From contig NC_086108.1 of the NCBI RefSeq assembly GCF_963921235.1, positions 115,694,001 to 115,758,000 on the forward strand: 64,000 nt of DNA, written 5' to 3'. The stretch is from Mobula hypostoma. Taxonomy: Eukaryota. The notes under the pieces were generated by a model. That model was not told where the DNA came from, ran no database searches, and worked only from the letters and a program-made list of their open reading frames with translations. How positions within the stretch are numbered: the stretch's first letter is position 1; every line of letters begins with the position of its first letter. The position numbers and the translations under genes are program-made. Positions 1-13,964 of the stretch are shown here, piece by piece.

Positions 1-403
1 AGACAAGGGGGGGGGACCCAGAGGATGGGCAAGAGGTATATTCAGAGGGACAGAGGGAGAAAAAGGAGAGTGAGAGAAAGAATGTGTACATAAAAATAAG
101 TAACAGATGGGGTACGAGGGGGAGGTGGGGCATTAGCGGAAGTTAGAGAAGTCGATGTTCATGCCATCAGGTTGGAGGCTACCCAGACGGAATATAAGGT
201 GTTGTTCCTCCAACCTGAGTGTGGCTTCATCTTTCCAGTAGAGGAGGCCGTGGATAGACATGTCAGAATGGGAATGGGATGTGGAATTAAAATGTGTGGC
301 CACTGGGAGATCCTGCTTTCTCTGGCGAACAGAGCGTAGATGTTCAGCAAAGCGGTCTCCCAGTCTGCTCGGGTCTCGCCAATATATAAAAGGCCACATC
401 GGG
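1..403 (-). mobile_element. Penelope-like element fragment (C-terminus of GIY-YIG endonuclease plus 3' region)
   Basis: ORF 133-516(-) ends RLGDRFAEHLRSVRQRKQDLPVATHFNSTSHSHSDMSIHGLLY...RLEEQHLIFRLGSLQPDGMNIDF, the usual PLE GIY-YIG C-terminal pattern. Confidence 0.85.
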
Positions 404-624
404 AGCACCAGTCTTGGTCCGGCGGTAGAATTTGACAGCAATACAGGCAAGGATGCAGGTGAGGTTGCAGGCAGAGGCTGCAGGAGGAAGGTGAAGGGAA
501 GGGAACAGTCCAGCAAATGAAGCTGAACCCAGGAGTTATTTATGTAGCCAGCCCAAAATCAGAATTATGTGCCTCAATTAAGGCACACAACAGGAATGCG
601 GACCTCATGGACCGTACCTTGACA
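404..624 (-). mobile_element. LTR fragment (LTR family A, 5' part)
   Basis: Reverse complement starts TGTCAAGGTACGGTCCATGAGGTCCGCATTCC...TAATTGAGGCACATAATTCTGATTTTGGGC...CATAAATA, matching the start of the solo LTR at 20002. Confidence 0.7.
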
Positions 625-1645
625 ACATGATAAACTAGACTAAAGTCAGCATGGTTTCCTTAAGGGGAAATCTTGCCTGACAAACCTGTTGGAATTCTTT
701 GAAGAAGTAACAGGCAGGATGGACAAAGGAAAATTTGTTGATGTTGTGTAACTGGATTTTCAGAAGGCCTTTGAAACGTTGCCACACATGAAGCTGCTTA
801 ACAAGATAAGAACTCATGGCATTGCAGGAAAGTTACTAGCATGGATAGAAGATTGGCTGACTGGCAGGAGGAAAAGAGGGAAAATAAAACATAGAAACAA
901 TGAAAACCTACAGCACAATACAGGCCCCTTGGCCAACAATGCTGTGCTGAACATGTAGTTAAAGGGGACCTGTTCTGACTGGCACCAGTGACAAGTGGAG
1001 ATCTGCAGTGGTCAGTGTGGAGACTGCTTCTTTACAAGTTATATGTCAACAATTTAGATGACAGAATTGATGGCTTTGCTGTCAAATTTGCAGATGAGAC
1101 AGAAGTAGGTGGGGAGGTGTATTAAGGAAGCAGGGAGCCTGCAGAAGGATTTGGACAGATTCGGAGAACAGGCAAAGAAGTGGCAGATGGAATATAGTGT
1201 AGCGTTAACATATGAAGAGTGTTTGATGGCTCTGGGCCTCACTAGAGTTTAGAAGACTGGGGGTGGGGGGAATACATTGAAACTTATTGAATATTGAAAG
1301 CCCTAAACAGTGTGGATGTGGAAAAGATGCTTCCTGGAGTGGGGGGATCTAGGACCAGAGGGTACAGACTCAGAGTTGAGGGGTGTGCATTTAGAACAGA
1401 GATTCTGAATGATTTTGTTTCAGCCTGAGGCTGGTGAATCTGTGGAATTAATTGCCACAGATGGCTGTAGAGGCCAAGTCTTTGGGTATATTTAAAATGG
1501 AGGTTGATAGGTTCTTGATTATTCAGGGCGTCAAATTTTATGAGAAGAAGGCAGGAGAATAAGATTGTGAGAGATAGTAAATCAGCCGTGATGGAATGAT
1601 GAAGCAGAATGGCCTAATTCTGCTCCTATGTATTATTGTCTTACT
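625..1645 (+). mobile_element. CR1 LINE, decayed 3' portion (RT remnant and 3' UTR)
   Basis: Remnants of QHGFLKGKSCLTNLLEFFEEV, LDFQKAF and KFAD; 3' end ATGGCCTAATTCTGCTCCTATG; many stops and deletions. Confidence 0.9.
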
Positions 1646-1683
1646 AATCATGCCCCCAACATTTACATCTTATTGTTTATATG

Positions 1684-2239
1684 CACTCAATGGCTACTTT
1701 AATTGGTACATTACCTAATTAAATGTATGCTTGTGGTCTTCTGCTGCTGTAGCCCATCTACCTCAGGTTTCGATGTGCTGTGCATTCAGAGATGCTCTTC
1801 TGCACATCACTGATGCAATGCATGATTATTTGAGTTACTGTTGCTTTCCTGTGGGCTTGAAGCCGTCTGGCCATTCTCCTCTGACCCCTCTCATTAACAA
1901 GTCATTTTTGTCCACAGATTTGCTGCTGACTTGATGTTTTTTGGTTTCTTGCACCATTCTCTGTAAGCTCTAGAGACTGCTGTGCGTGAAAATCTCAGGA
2001 GATGAGCAGTTTCTGAGATACTCAGATCAGTCTGTCTGACACCAACAGTCATTCCACCATCAATGTTACATTTCTTCCCCATTCTGCTGTTTGATCCCAA
2101 CAACAACTGAACCTCTTGACCATGTCTGCATGCTTTTATATATGCACCATACATGAGTTGCTGACACATGATTGGCTGATCAGATATTTGCATGAACGAG
2201 CGGGTATACAAGTGTACCTAATAAAGTGGCCACTGAGTG
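1684..2239 (-). mobile_element. Short Tc1/mariner-family DNA transposon (internally deleted)
   Basis: Imperfect TIRs CACTCAATGGCTACTTTAATTGGTACA / TGTACCTAATAAAGTGGCCACTGAGTG followed by TA; HTH remnant GMTVGVRQTDLSISETAHLLRFSRTAVSRAYREW. Confidence 0.85.
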
Positions 2240-2629
2240 TAGATCAATGGTGAGAACAGTGAACGCTGAGCACCCGACCCTCTGCCTACCAGCCTCTCAT
2301 GTCAATATTTGGATGACACTGTAAGCAGTTGATTCACCAGCACAGACTCCATTCCCTCCTCTCTCCAGCACTGGTATACTCCCCTCGCTAATATAGCACA
2401 CTTCAATCTTAAAAAAAGATATAGTGTTTTCCCGGTGTGTATGACACATAAACTCTTTTCTTAGGCATCCATCTTTATGAAGATGGTGGAGTTTGTCATT
2501 GAAACATTGTACCCAGCTGGAAGCCCGGGAAGAGTTTATGTGACATTTTAATCGTGCTGAATACCCTCCTCTGTGCTTTTGATCTTAGAGTCACAGAGCA
2601 CTTCAACACAGAAACAGGCCCTTTGACCT

Positions 2630-2960
2630 TTTAACTCCCTCCCATCCATCCACCATCAGGCAGGAGGTACCGTAGTATTAGTTCAGGGTCTATTAGGATG
2701 GGAGACAGCTTCTTCTGACTACTGAGCTAGCTGCCACGACACAGCTCTCATCACACGAGGCACCAGTACCGTTAAACTGTTTACTTTTATTTGTGTCGTT
2801 ACTGTACCTATTAATATTAATCTATGTGTTGTCTGTGGGTTATACAGTAAATGTTTTGTGCGCCTTGGTTGTTTTGTTTGGTGGTATAGATGAACTGTAT
2901 ACAGTTGAAAGGATAATAAAATTGAACTTGAACTATTCTGTGCTGAACCGTGACTGTGCC
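2630..2960 (+). mobile_element. Decayed Rex/Babar-like LINE 3' end
   Basis: CCATCAGGCAGGAGGTACCGTAGT...GGAGACAGCTTCTT resembles the PSGRRY/LRS...NSFFP terminus of the younger copies; TTGAAC-type tail. Confidence 0.55.
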
Positions 2961-3795
2961 TGGTCCCATTGACTTGTGCCTGGACCATAGCCTTCCATAC
3001 CCGCTATTATTTTTAACATAGGCTGAAAGATGGCACATGAACAGACAAGGAAGGCAGGGATATTGCGCATGATGTGCAGTTTAAATTGGCACCATGCACC
3101 GTTCTACGTAATATGGAATGTCTGTTGTTGTACATTATCAAACGCCTTCTGAAAGTTCAAATACACATCAACTCGTCTGCTAGTCATAGCTGCAGAAAAA
3201 CTCCAACAGATTTGTCGAACATATTGATGAGATCATCGCCTTCGCAAATGCATGTTGAACCAGCCAAGCACTGTTCCTGTTTTCCAAAGCTCCTGTCACC
3301 AGTACCTCAGTGATAGATTCCGGCATCTCCCTGTTATCCATGGGATAGTTTCTTGCTTTTCCAGCTTAAATTTGTACCTCACAGAATAAGGGAATAATCT
3401 AAAATAGACTGAATCTTGTTTGCACAGTCCTGTGGTTGACTCTTTCAGTAGGCCAGTGACAAGGTCATTGCCTTTCTTCCCACATGGGTATTATTTGGCT
3501 TTCAGCTGCTGCTCATTTCTCTGGTACAATATTTTATTACAAAAGGTAATTTATCTTTGCTCATGCACTGAATATTTCCTTCATTATGTGTGAGGTTGTC
3601 GGTGGCACTTTAAAATAAAGGGAAAATATTTGTGTAATTTCTCTGTTACTTCCATTTTCACATTCTTTAGTTCCCCACTCTCCATCTGTAATCGGAGTTA
3701 ATTTTTACATATCAGAAACTCTCACTTATGTGCTATCATCTTCCTCAACAGCCTTATTCCCTCCTTTACCGGGTTCTAACACATTTCCAGTCTTA

Positions 3796-4273
3796 GGGCT
3801 GATTTATACTTGTGCATCAAATGTTCGCCGTAGGTACCAGGTACCCTACGCCGTAGGGTGACGTGCAGCTCCCCAAAAATGTAACTCACATGTCGCGGCG
3901 ACGCAGACCGCAACAACTGTGATTGGTCCGCTCGGTAGCATCGCATTTCCTCCTACGCATCTCCGGTTGCTTTTCTCCGCCATGACTGTACACTGATGCG
4001 AAATAACTTGTTGGAGACGATGAGCAAATTGTCAAATCTACCTGCCGACATCTGAAAATATTTGAAATGCATTTCCTCGTCCATGTCTTTCACAGAGAAA
4101 CTCAACACAGTGGAATAGAAACCCCACTGCCAACTAGCGTTTTGGCAGTGAATTGCAGAGCGACGTAGACATAACTACGCATGCTCGCTACGACGTAGGG
4201 CTACGCAAAAGTATAAATCAGGCCTACGTCGTAGGCTGCGGTGTAGCCCTTACGCACAAGTATAAATCAGCCT
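3796..4273. mobile_element. PIF/Harbinger-type MITE
   Basis: TIRs GGGCTGATTTATACTTGTGC (3796) / GCACAAGTATAAATCAGCCT (ends 4273); TTA target-site duplication at 3793-3795 and 4274-4276; no coding capacity. Confidence 0.85.
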
Positions 4274-4439
4274 TTACCCTCACTGTATCCCTGGCACTGC
4301 ATCCACCTCTTGCTTTCAATACAAATCAAATCTGTGTTCCCAGCGTGTGCCCCTGGCACTGGAGGAAGCCCTCCCTTTCGCCACGTGTCATTAACTTGAT
4401 GCTCCCAGTGTGTGTTCATTCTTCAGATTGGTGCAGAGG

Positions 4440-5149
4440 ATGTGACCCTCTCCCTGTAGTACCACCCCTCCCACAGGGTTAACCTTCTGTGGGTACCACA
4501 CCTCCCACAGTATGACCCCCCTCCTCAGTACGACCCCTCCCACAGTATGACCCCCCCTCAGTACGACCCCTCCCACAGTCTGACTCTCCCTCAGTACCAC
4601 CCCTCCCACAGTGTGACTCTCCCTCAGTACCACCCCTCCCACAGTGTGACCCTCCCTCAGTACCACCCCTCCCACAGTGCGACACTCCTCAGTACTACCC
4701 CTCCCACAGTGTGACTCTCCCTCAGTACCACCCCTCACACAGTGTGACCCTCCCTCAGTACCACCCCTCCCACAGTGTGACCCTCCCTCAGTACCACCCC
4801 TCCCTCAGTGTGACCCTCCCTCAGTACCACCCCTCCCACAGTGTGACCCTCCCTCAGTATCACCCCTCCCTCAGTGTGACCCTCCCTCAGTACCACCCCT
4901 CCCACAGTGTGACCCTCCCTCAGTACCACCCCTCCCTCAGTGTGACCCATCCTCAGTACCACCCCTCCCACGGTGTGACTCTCCCTCAGTACTACCCCTC
5001 CCTCAGTGTGACCTACCCTCAGTACCACCCCTCCCACAGTGTGACCCTCCCTCAGTACCACCCCTCCCACAGTATGACCCTCCCTCAGTACCACCCCTCC
5101 CTCTGTACCACCCCTCCCACAGAGTGACCCCACCCTCAGTACTGCCTCT
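4440..5149. repeat. 30-bp minisatellite (CCTCCCTCAGTACCACCCCTCCCACAGTGTGAC-type), left part
   Basis: About 22 tandem units visible directly; produces 10-aa repeat ORFs in several frames. Confidence 0.95.
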
Positions 5150-6511
5150 TTTTTTTAACAAAACTATAAAAGATTATTTACATAACAATTACACAAGGTA
5201 CAGTCACTCAGCATTAACAAGACAGTGAGTACACTCAGAGTAAAATATGGTTACTATCATCTGTTAGATAATCAATGCCCCAGGCCCTCTGCAAGGACAG
5301 CCAGGCACGCATGTGTTCTTGGAAAAGGGGCAGGCAGTTGGCCCTGGCAGAGCCCTGAACTTTCCATCTCGGCCAGGCCCAGGAGCAAGCCCAGCAGGAG
5401 ATCCTCCTCACGACCCGCTCCCCCTGTACTGGGTGGCTGTATATGAGGAGCTGCTCAGAATCCGAGCAGCAGCCCTTCAGACGCTCAGACAGGGGCTGCA
5501 AGCTCTCACACTCCATGTAAACGTGGTAGACTGACCCCTCGCGGCCACAGAGTGGACAGGTGGACGGAGTGTCAGCGAACCTGCTCAGGAGTCTGCTTGC
5601 ACGGTACTGTACTGCCCGATGCAACACCTTCCAGCCCAGATGCCCAATGTACAGGGGAAGCACCCCTGTGTAAAGAGATTTCCACTGGGGACCTCCTCCG
5701 CTGCCAGATGGTAGCACGGACTGTCAAGGTGAGTCCGGTCGGCAGACGAAGGCAGGGAGTGAAAGGTGTGCAGGAGCAGCCTGTACAAGAAATGCTTCGG
5801 AGCATCACGGATCGGCATGGTGGGCATCCTTGCGAAACAGTGCACATTGAGCGGGACCCTCTCCTGCGTGGTCTCCCGAGGTGCACGCACACTAAAGACT
5901 GGCTGCCCTCTGTGATCCGAAGACTCAGGACTGCTGCAGAGACCCAGTGCCTCCTGTTTCCCCAGAAGAAGTCCACCAACCTCTTCTGGGTCCTGGATGC
6001 AAATGCTATGGGTGTGACTAATGTTGTCAGCCGGTATTATAAGAGGGACGCGACCAGGGGATTTATAACTAATGCTCTCTCCTGGTATGAGATTGTACGA
6101 AGGAGGCCTGACCAGCGCCCCAGCTGGGCAGAGATATTTGTCTCCAAATCCCACCAACTTGCTGGTCAGGCCTTCTCCATTCAGCTCAGGTGGACCCCAA
6201 GAAGAGAAGCTGTGTGGTGCTCCACAGCAAAGGGTCACAACCCCTCCGGAAGGAAGTCCACCGGCAACTGACCCACCAAGAGGCCCGCACTCTTCTCCCA
6301 GATGACTCTTTCAGAGGACGCGGCCAAGAAGATCTGCTGGTAGTCTTGAATCCTCTGCAATTCAACAGGGTTGGTGACCATGAGTAGAACATCATCAGTG
6401 TAAGCCGAAAAGGACAACCTCCATGTCTGGTTTGCATAGAACCAAACTCATTAACCTCTTGCAGAAAAGATACAGGAGAATGTAAATGCCCCAACATGGG
6501 GCAACCCTGAC
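5150..6511 (-). mobile_element. Tx1-like (L1 clade) LINE, 3' part of ORF2 (RT end plus Zn finger) and A-tail
   Basis: QGCPM; SAYTDDVLLMVT (YADD equivalent); VDFFWGNRRHWVSAAVLSL; GWKVLHRAV...CPLCGREGSVYHVYMEC; T-run at 5149-5156. Confidence 0.85.
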
Positions 6512-9500
6512 AAAACATAGAACATAGAACATAAAACAGTACAACACTGTACAGGCCCTTCGGCCCACAATGTTGTGCCGACCCTTAAACCCTGCCTCCC
6601 ATATAACCCCCCACCTCAAATTCCTCCATATACCTGTCTAGTAGTCTCTTAAATTTCACTACTGTATCTGCCTCCACCACTGACTCAGGCAGTGCATTCC
6701 ACACACCAACCACTCTCTGAGTAAAAAACCTTCCTCTAATATCCACCTTGAACTTCCCACCTCTTACCTTAAAGCCATGTCCCCTTGTATTGAGCAGTGG
6801 TGCCCTGGGGAAGAGGCGCTGGCTATCCACTCTATATATTCCTCTTAATATCTTGTATACCTCTATCATGTCTCCTCTCATTCTCTTTCTCTCCAGAGAG
6901 TAAAGCCCTAGCTCCCTTAATCTCTGATGATAATCCATACTCTCTAAACCAGGCAGCATCCTGGTAAATCTCCTCTGTACCCTTTCCAATGCTTCCACAT
7001 CCTTCCTATAGTGAGGCGACCAGAACTGGACACAGTACTCCACGTGTGGCCTAACCAGAGTTTTATAGAGCTGCATCATTACCCCGCGACTCTTAAACTC
7101 TATCCCTCGACTTATGAAAGCTAACACTACATAAACTTTCTTAAATACCCTATCCACCTGTGATGCTCTTTCAGGGATCTGTGGACATGTACCCCCAGAT
7201 CCCTCTGTTCCTCCACACTACCAAGTATCCTGCCATTTACTTTGTACTCTGCCTTGGAGTTTGTCCTTCCAAAGTGTACCACCTCACACTTCTCTGCGTT
7301 GAACTCCATCTGCCACTTCTCAGCCCACTTCTGCATCCTATCAAAGTCTCTCTGCAATCTTCGACAATCCTCTACACTATCTACAGCACCACCAACCTTT
7401 GTGTCATCTGCAAACTTGCCAACCCACCCTTCTACCCCCACATCCAGGTTGTTAATAAAAATCACGAAAAGTAGAGGTCCCAGAACAGATCCTTGTGGGA
7501 CACCACTAGTCACAACCCTCCAATCCGAATGTACCCCCTCCACCACAACCCTCTGCCTTCTGCAGGTAAGCCAATTCTGAATCCACCTGGCCAAACTTCC
7601 CTGGATCCCATGCCTTCTGACTTTCTGAATAAGCCTACTGTGTGGAACCTTGTCAAATACCTTACTGAAATCCATGTAGATCACATCCACTGCCCTACCC
7701 TCATCTGTATGCCTGGTCACCTCCTCAAAGATCTCTATCAGGCTTGTTAGACATGATCTGTCCTTCACAAAGCCATGCTGACTGTCTTTGATCAGACCAT
7801 GATTCTCTAAATGCCCATAGATCCTATCTCTAGGAATCTTTTCCAACAGATTTCCCACCACAGACATAAGGCTCACTGGTGTATAATTACCCGGATTATC
7901 CCTACTACCTTTTTTGATCAATGGGACAACATTTGCCTCCCTCCAATCCTCTGGTACCATTCCCGTGGATAACGAGGACATGAAGATCCCAGCCAGAGGC
8001 TCAGCAATCTCTTCCCTCACCTCGTGGAGCAGCCTGGGGAATATTCCGTCAGGCCCCGGGGACTTATCTGTCCTAATGTATTTTAACAATTCCAACACCT
8101 CCTCTCCCTTAATATCAACATGCTCCAGAACATTAACCTCACTCATGTTGTCCTCACCATCATCATGTTCCCTCTCATTGGTGAATACCAAAGAGAAGTA
8201 CTCATTGAGGACCTCACTCACTTCCACAGCCTCCAGGCACATCTTCCCACCTTTATCTCTAATCGGTCCTAACTTCATTCCTGTCATCCTTTTGTTCTTC
8301 ACATAATTGAAGAATACCTTGGGATTTTCCTTTACCCTACTTACCAAGGCCTTCTCATGCCCCCTTCTTGCACTTCTCAGCCCCTTCTTAAACTTCTTTC
8401 TTGCTACCCTATATTCCTCAATAGACCCATCTGATCCTTGCTTGCTAAACCTCAAGTATGCTGCCTTCTTCCACCTGACTGGATTCTCCACCTCATTTGT
8501 CGCCCATGGTTCCTTCACCCTACCATTCTTTATCTTCCTCACCGGGACAAATTTATCCCTAACATCCTGCAAGAGATCCCTAAACATCAACCACATGTCC
8601 ATAGTACATTTCCCTGCAAAAACATCATCCCAATTCACACCCGCAAGTTCTAGCCTTATAGCCTCATAATTTGCTTTATCTCCAATTAAAAATTTTCCTG
8701 TCCTCTCTGATTCTATCCTTTTCCATGATAATGCTAAAGGCCAGGCAGCGGTGGTCACTGTCCCCCAGATGCTCACCCACTGAGAGATCTGTGACCTGAC
8801 CCGGTTCGTTACCTAATATTAGATCTAGTATGGCATTCCCCCAGTTGGCTTGTCAACATATTGTGACAGGAACCCATCCTGGACACACTTAACAAACTCT
8901 GCCCCGTCTAAACCATTGGAATTAATCAGGTGGCAATCAATATTAGGGAAGTTAAAGTCACCCATGATAACAACCGTGTTATTTTTGCACCTTTCCAAAA
9001 TCTGCCTTCCAATCTGCTCCTCGGTATCTCTGCTGCTACCAGGGGGCCTATGGAATACTCCTAATAGAGTAACTGCTCCCTTCCTGTTCCTGACTTCTAC
9101 CCATACTGACTCAAAACAGTATCCTGCTACATTACCCATCCTTTCAGTAGCTGTAATAGTATCCCTGACCAGTAATGCCACCCCTCCTCCCCTTCCCCTG
9201 CTCGTTATCCCTTTTAAAGCACTGAAATCCAGGAATATTGAGAATCCATTCCTGACCTGGTACCAGCCAAGTCTCTGTAATGGCCACTACATCATAATTC
9301 CATGTATGTATCCGAGCTTTCAGTTCATCACCTTTGTTCCTGATGCTTCTTGCATTGAGGTACACACATTTCAGCCCTTCTATCTTCCTACCTTTACACA
9401 CTTTATTCTGCTTCTCTTTCCTCAAAGCCTCTCTACATGTTAGATCTGGCTTTACTCTATGCACTATACTTGCAGTTCTCGCATGACCTTTATCCTCCTC

Positions 9501-10075
9501 CCCCTCACTACCTGCTCTAACACTCTGGTTCCCCTCCCCCTGCAAATCTAGTTTAAACCCCCCAGAGCAGCACTAGCTAACCTTCCTGCAAGGATGTTGG
9601 TCCCCCTCCAGTTCAGGTGCAACCCGTCCTGTCGGAACAGGTCCAACCTTCCCTGGAACAAAGCCCAATTGTCCAGAAACATGAAGCCCTCCCTCCTGCA
9701 CCAACTCCTTAGCCACGTATTCAGCTGCATTATCTTCCTATTTCTAGCCTCACTAGCACGTGGCATGGGTAGCGATCCTGAGATTGCAACCCTAGAGGTC
9801 CTGTCCTGTCCTGCAACTTTGCACCTAACTCCCTAAACTCTCTTTGCAGGACCTCCTCTTCCTTCCTATCCACGTCATTGGTCCCTACATGGACCACGAC
9901 ATCTGGCTGCTCACCCTCCCTCCTGAGAATACCGAGAACTCGATCTGAGATATCGCGGACCCTGGCACCAGGGAGGCAACAGACCATCCGGGATTCTCGA
10001 TCTCTTCCACAGAACCTCTGATCGGTCCCCTTAACTATCGAATCCCCTATCACTACCGCTCTCCTCTTTTCCCTC
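6512..10075 (-). mobile_element. CR1 LINE, near full length (ORF1 esterase part, APE endonuclease, RT), frameshifted
   Basis: IGDSIVKGTDQRFCG (SGNH-type ORF1); [39 protein letters not shown]; (TTCTATG)n tail at ~6512-6535. Confidence 0.95.
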
Positions 10076-10179
10076 CTTCCTTTCTTTTAGGGGTGACTAT
10101 CTCCCTGTAACTCCTGTTTATTTCTGCCTCACGAAGCATAAAGATGCATTAACTTAAAAAATTTACTGTACCTGGTGAA

Positions 10180-13100
10180 GTAAATGGCCGTTGTGTGTTC
10201 TGCATGCCGGCTGTTGGAGAACTGGGAGACCCTGAGTCTCCCGGGGGGCTACATCTGCGTGAAGTGCATCTGGCTGCAGCTCCTTGAAGACCACGTTAGG
10301 GATCTGGAGCAGCAGCTGGATGACCTTTGGCTTGTTTAGGAGAGTGAGGAGTTAATTGATCAGAGTTACAGGGAAGTAATCACCCCTACGTTGCAGGAGG
10401 TGAGTAGCTGGGCGACTGTCAGGAGGAATAGAAATGGGAACAGGCAGTTAGCGCAGAGCATCCCTGTGGCCATTCCCCTCAATAATAAGTATCCATTTTG
10501 GATACTTCTGTGGGGGATGTCCTCCCAGTAGGATGCCATGGCGACCGGGTTACAAACACTGGGCATGGGTCCGTGGTGCAGCAGGGAAAGAGAGGGAAGA
10601 AGGGACAGGTGTAATAGGGGACTCAATAGTGAGGGGAACAGACAGGAGATTCTGTGGACATGAACGTAACACCCGGATGCTATGTTGCTGCCTAGATGCC
10701 AGGGTCAGGGATGTCTCAGGTCACATCCACAACATTTTGGAGAGGGAGGGGGAACAGCCAGATGTCTTGGTACATATTGGTACACATGACATAGGAAGGA
10801 AAAGCAATGAGGTACTGAAAAGAGAATTTAGAGATCTAGGTAGAATGCTGAGAAGCAGGACTCCCAGGGCAGTCATTTCTGGATTGCAGCCTGTGCAAAG
10901 CACCACTGAGGGTAGAAACAGGATGATTTGGCAGATAAATGTGTGGCTGAGAAGCTGGTGCAGGGGGCAGGGCTTCAGGTTCTTGGATCATTGGGATCTC
11001 TTCTGGGGGAGGTATGACCTGTTCAAAAGTGACAGGTTGCACCTGAACCCGAGGGGGACCAATATTCTCATGGGCAGGTTTGTGAGAGCTATTAGGAGTG
11101 GTTTAAACTGATTTGGTAGGGGGTGTGGGAACTGGAGTAAAGGCACTCAGGATAGGACAGATGGTAAAATAACAAAGACAGTGTGCGGTTAGACTGCCAG
11201 GAAGGGCAGGCAGGTGATGGGACTTAGTTGCAGCCAACAGGGCGAGTATCAGTACATCAGGGATGCAAAATCAAAAAGGGTAGCAAATACAGTACTCAAA
11301 GTGTTGTATCTTAATGTGCAAAGTATAAGAAATAAAGTGGATGATCTGGTTGCAGTATTACAGATTGTCAGGTATGATGTTGTGGCCATCACTGAATCGT
11401 GGCTGAAGGATGGTTGTAGTTGGGAGCTGAATGTCCGAGGTTACACATTGTATCAGAGGGATAGGAAGGTAGGCAGTGGGATGAGGCTCTGCTGGTACAG
11501 AATAACATCAAATCAGTAGAAAAATGTGACTTAGGATCGGACGTTATTGAATCCTTGTGGGTTGAATCAAGAAACTGCAAGGGTAAAAGGATTTTGATGG
11601 TGATTATATACAGGCCTCCCAACAGTGTCTGGGAGATGGACCATTAGGAAATAGAAAAGGTGAGTCAAATAGGCAATGGTATGATAGTCATGGGAGATTT
11701 TAACATGCAGGTCGATTGGGAAAATCAGGTTGGTAATGAATCTCAAGACAGCAAGTTTGTTGAGCGCCAAAGAGATGGCTTTTTAGAGCAGTTTGTCATT
11801 GAGCCTACTAGGAGATCAGCTATACTGGATTGGGTGTTATGTAATGACCTGTTGGCCACTAGGGAGCTTAAGGTAAAAGAACCCTTAGGAACCAGTGATC
11901 ACAATATGATTGTATTCAACTTGAAATTTGATAGGGATATAGTAAGGTCTGATGTAACAGTATTTCAGTGGAGTAAGAGAAATTACAGTGGTTGAGAGAG
12001 GAATTGGCCAAAGTAAATTGGAAGGAGCTGCCGGCAGGGATGTCAATAGAGCAGCAATGGTGTGAGTTTCTGGGAAAAATGAGGAAGGTGCAGGACATGT
12101 GTATTCCAAAAATGAAGAAATACTCAAACGGCAAAATAGTACAACCATGGTTGACAAAGGAAATCAAAACTAATGTAAAAATGGAAGAGAGGGCATACAA
12201 CAAAGCAAATATTAGTGGGAAAGTAGAGGATTGGAAAGTTTTTAAAAATCTACAGAGAGCAACTAGAAGAATCAATAGAAGGGAAAAGATGAAAAATGAA
12301 AGCAAGCTGGCAAATGTTATCAAAATGGACAGTAAAACCTTTTTGTAGTATGTTAAAAATAAAAGAGATATGAGAGTGGATATGGGTCTGCTAGAAAATG
12401 AGACAGGAGAAAAAATGATGGGGGACAAGGAGATGGCAGATGAACTAAATGCGTATTTTGCATCAGTCTTCACTGTGGAAGACACTAGCAGTGTGCCAGG
12501 TATTGAAGGGTGTGAGGGAAGAGAAGTGAGTGTAGTTACTATTATAGGGGAGAAGGTGCTCAAAAAGCTGAAAGACCTAAAGGTACGTAAGTCACTCAGA
12601 CCAGAGGAACTGCACCCTAGGGTTCTGAAAGAGGTAGCGTTGGAGATTGTGGTGGCACTAGAAATGATCTTTCAAAAAATCATTGGACTCCGGCATAGTG
12701 CCAGAGTACTGGAAAATTGTAAATGTGATTTCACTCTTTAAGAAAGGAGGAAGGCAGCAGAAAGGAAATTATAGACCAGTCAGCCTAATCTCAGTGGTTG
12801 GGAAGATGTTGGAGTCAATTATAAAGGATGAGGTGATGGAGTAGTTGGTGACACAGGACAAGGTCAGACAAAGTCAGCATGGTTTCTTTCAGGGAAAATC
12901 CTGCCGGCCAAACCTGTCAGAATTATTCGAGGAGATTGCAAGTAGGATAGATAAAGGGGATGCAGTGGATGTTGTATATTTGGACTTTCAGAAGGCCTTT
13001 GACAAGGTGCCACACATGAGGCTACTTACCAAGTTAGGAGCCGTGGGATTACAGGAAAGGTTGGAGTGTTGGCTGATTGGAAGAAGGCCGTGAGTGGGAA

Positions 13101-13964
13101 CGAAAGGATCCTTGTCTGGTTGACTGCCAGTGACTAGTGGTGTTCTGCAGGGGTCAGTGTTGGGACCTTTACTTTTTATGCTGTATATAAATGATTTAGA
13201 TGATGGAATATATGTTTGGCGGGGCAGGTAGTGCTGAGGAACAGGTAGCTGCAGAAGGACAGACAGATTAGGGGAATGGGCAAGAAAGTGGCAAATAAAA
13301 TACAGTGTTGGAAAATGCATGGTCATACACTTTAGTAGTAGAAATAAATGTGCGAATTATTTTCTAAATGGGGAGAAAATCCAAAAATTTGAGATGCAAA
13401 GGGACTTGGGAATCCTTGTGCAGAACACCCTAAAGGTTAACTTGCAGGTTGAGTCAGTGGTGAGGAAGGCAAATGCAATGTTAGCATTCATTTCAAAAGG
13501 TCTAGAATACAAGAGCAGGGAGGTGATGCTGAGGTTCTATAAGGCACTGGTGAGGCCTCACCTTGAGTATTGTGAACAGTTTTAGGCTCCTCATCTTAGA
13601 AGGGATGTGCTGGCATTGGAGAGGGTCCAGAGAAGGTTCACAAGGATGATTCCAGGAATGAAAGGGTGATCATACGAGGAACATTTGATGGCTCTGGGTC
13701 TGTACTCACTGGAATTTAGAAGGATGAGGAGGGATCTCATTGAAACCTTTCGAATGTTGAAAGTCCTAGACAGAATAGATGTGGAAAGGATGTTTCCCAT
13801 GGTTGGAGAGTCTAGGACAAGAGGGCACAGCCTCATGATAGAGGGCCGTCCATTCAAAACAGAAATGCGGAGAAGTTTCTTTAGCAGAGGGCGATGAACT
13901 TGTGGAATTTGTTGCCATGTGCAGCTGTGGAGGCCAGGTAGTTGAGTGTATTAAAGGCAAAGAT
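10180..13964 (+). mobile_element. CR1 LINE, near full length, decayed, 3' tail missing
   Basis: ORF1 starts MAVVCSAC...YICVKC (Zn finger), then GDSIVRGTDRRFCG; ORF2 [44 protein letters not shown]. Confidence 0.95.

Noticed and set aside
4391..5228. Repetitive ORFs (PQYHPSHSVTL, QCDPPSVPPLP, GGVVLREGHTV), also at 18236-19076
   Set aside because: Translations of a 30-bp minisatellite that is open in several frames on both strands; no sign of a real gene.
5552..6271. Long ORFs antisense to LINE coding regions (also 7914-8669, 11916-12563, 59421-59825)
   Set aside because: Shadow ORFs of Tx1/CR1 sequence on the opposite strand.
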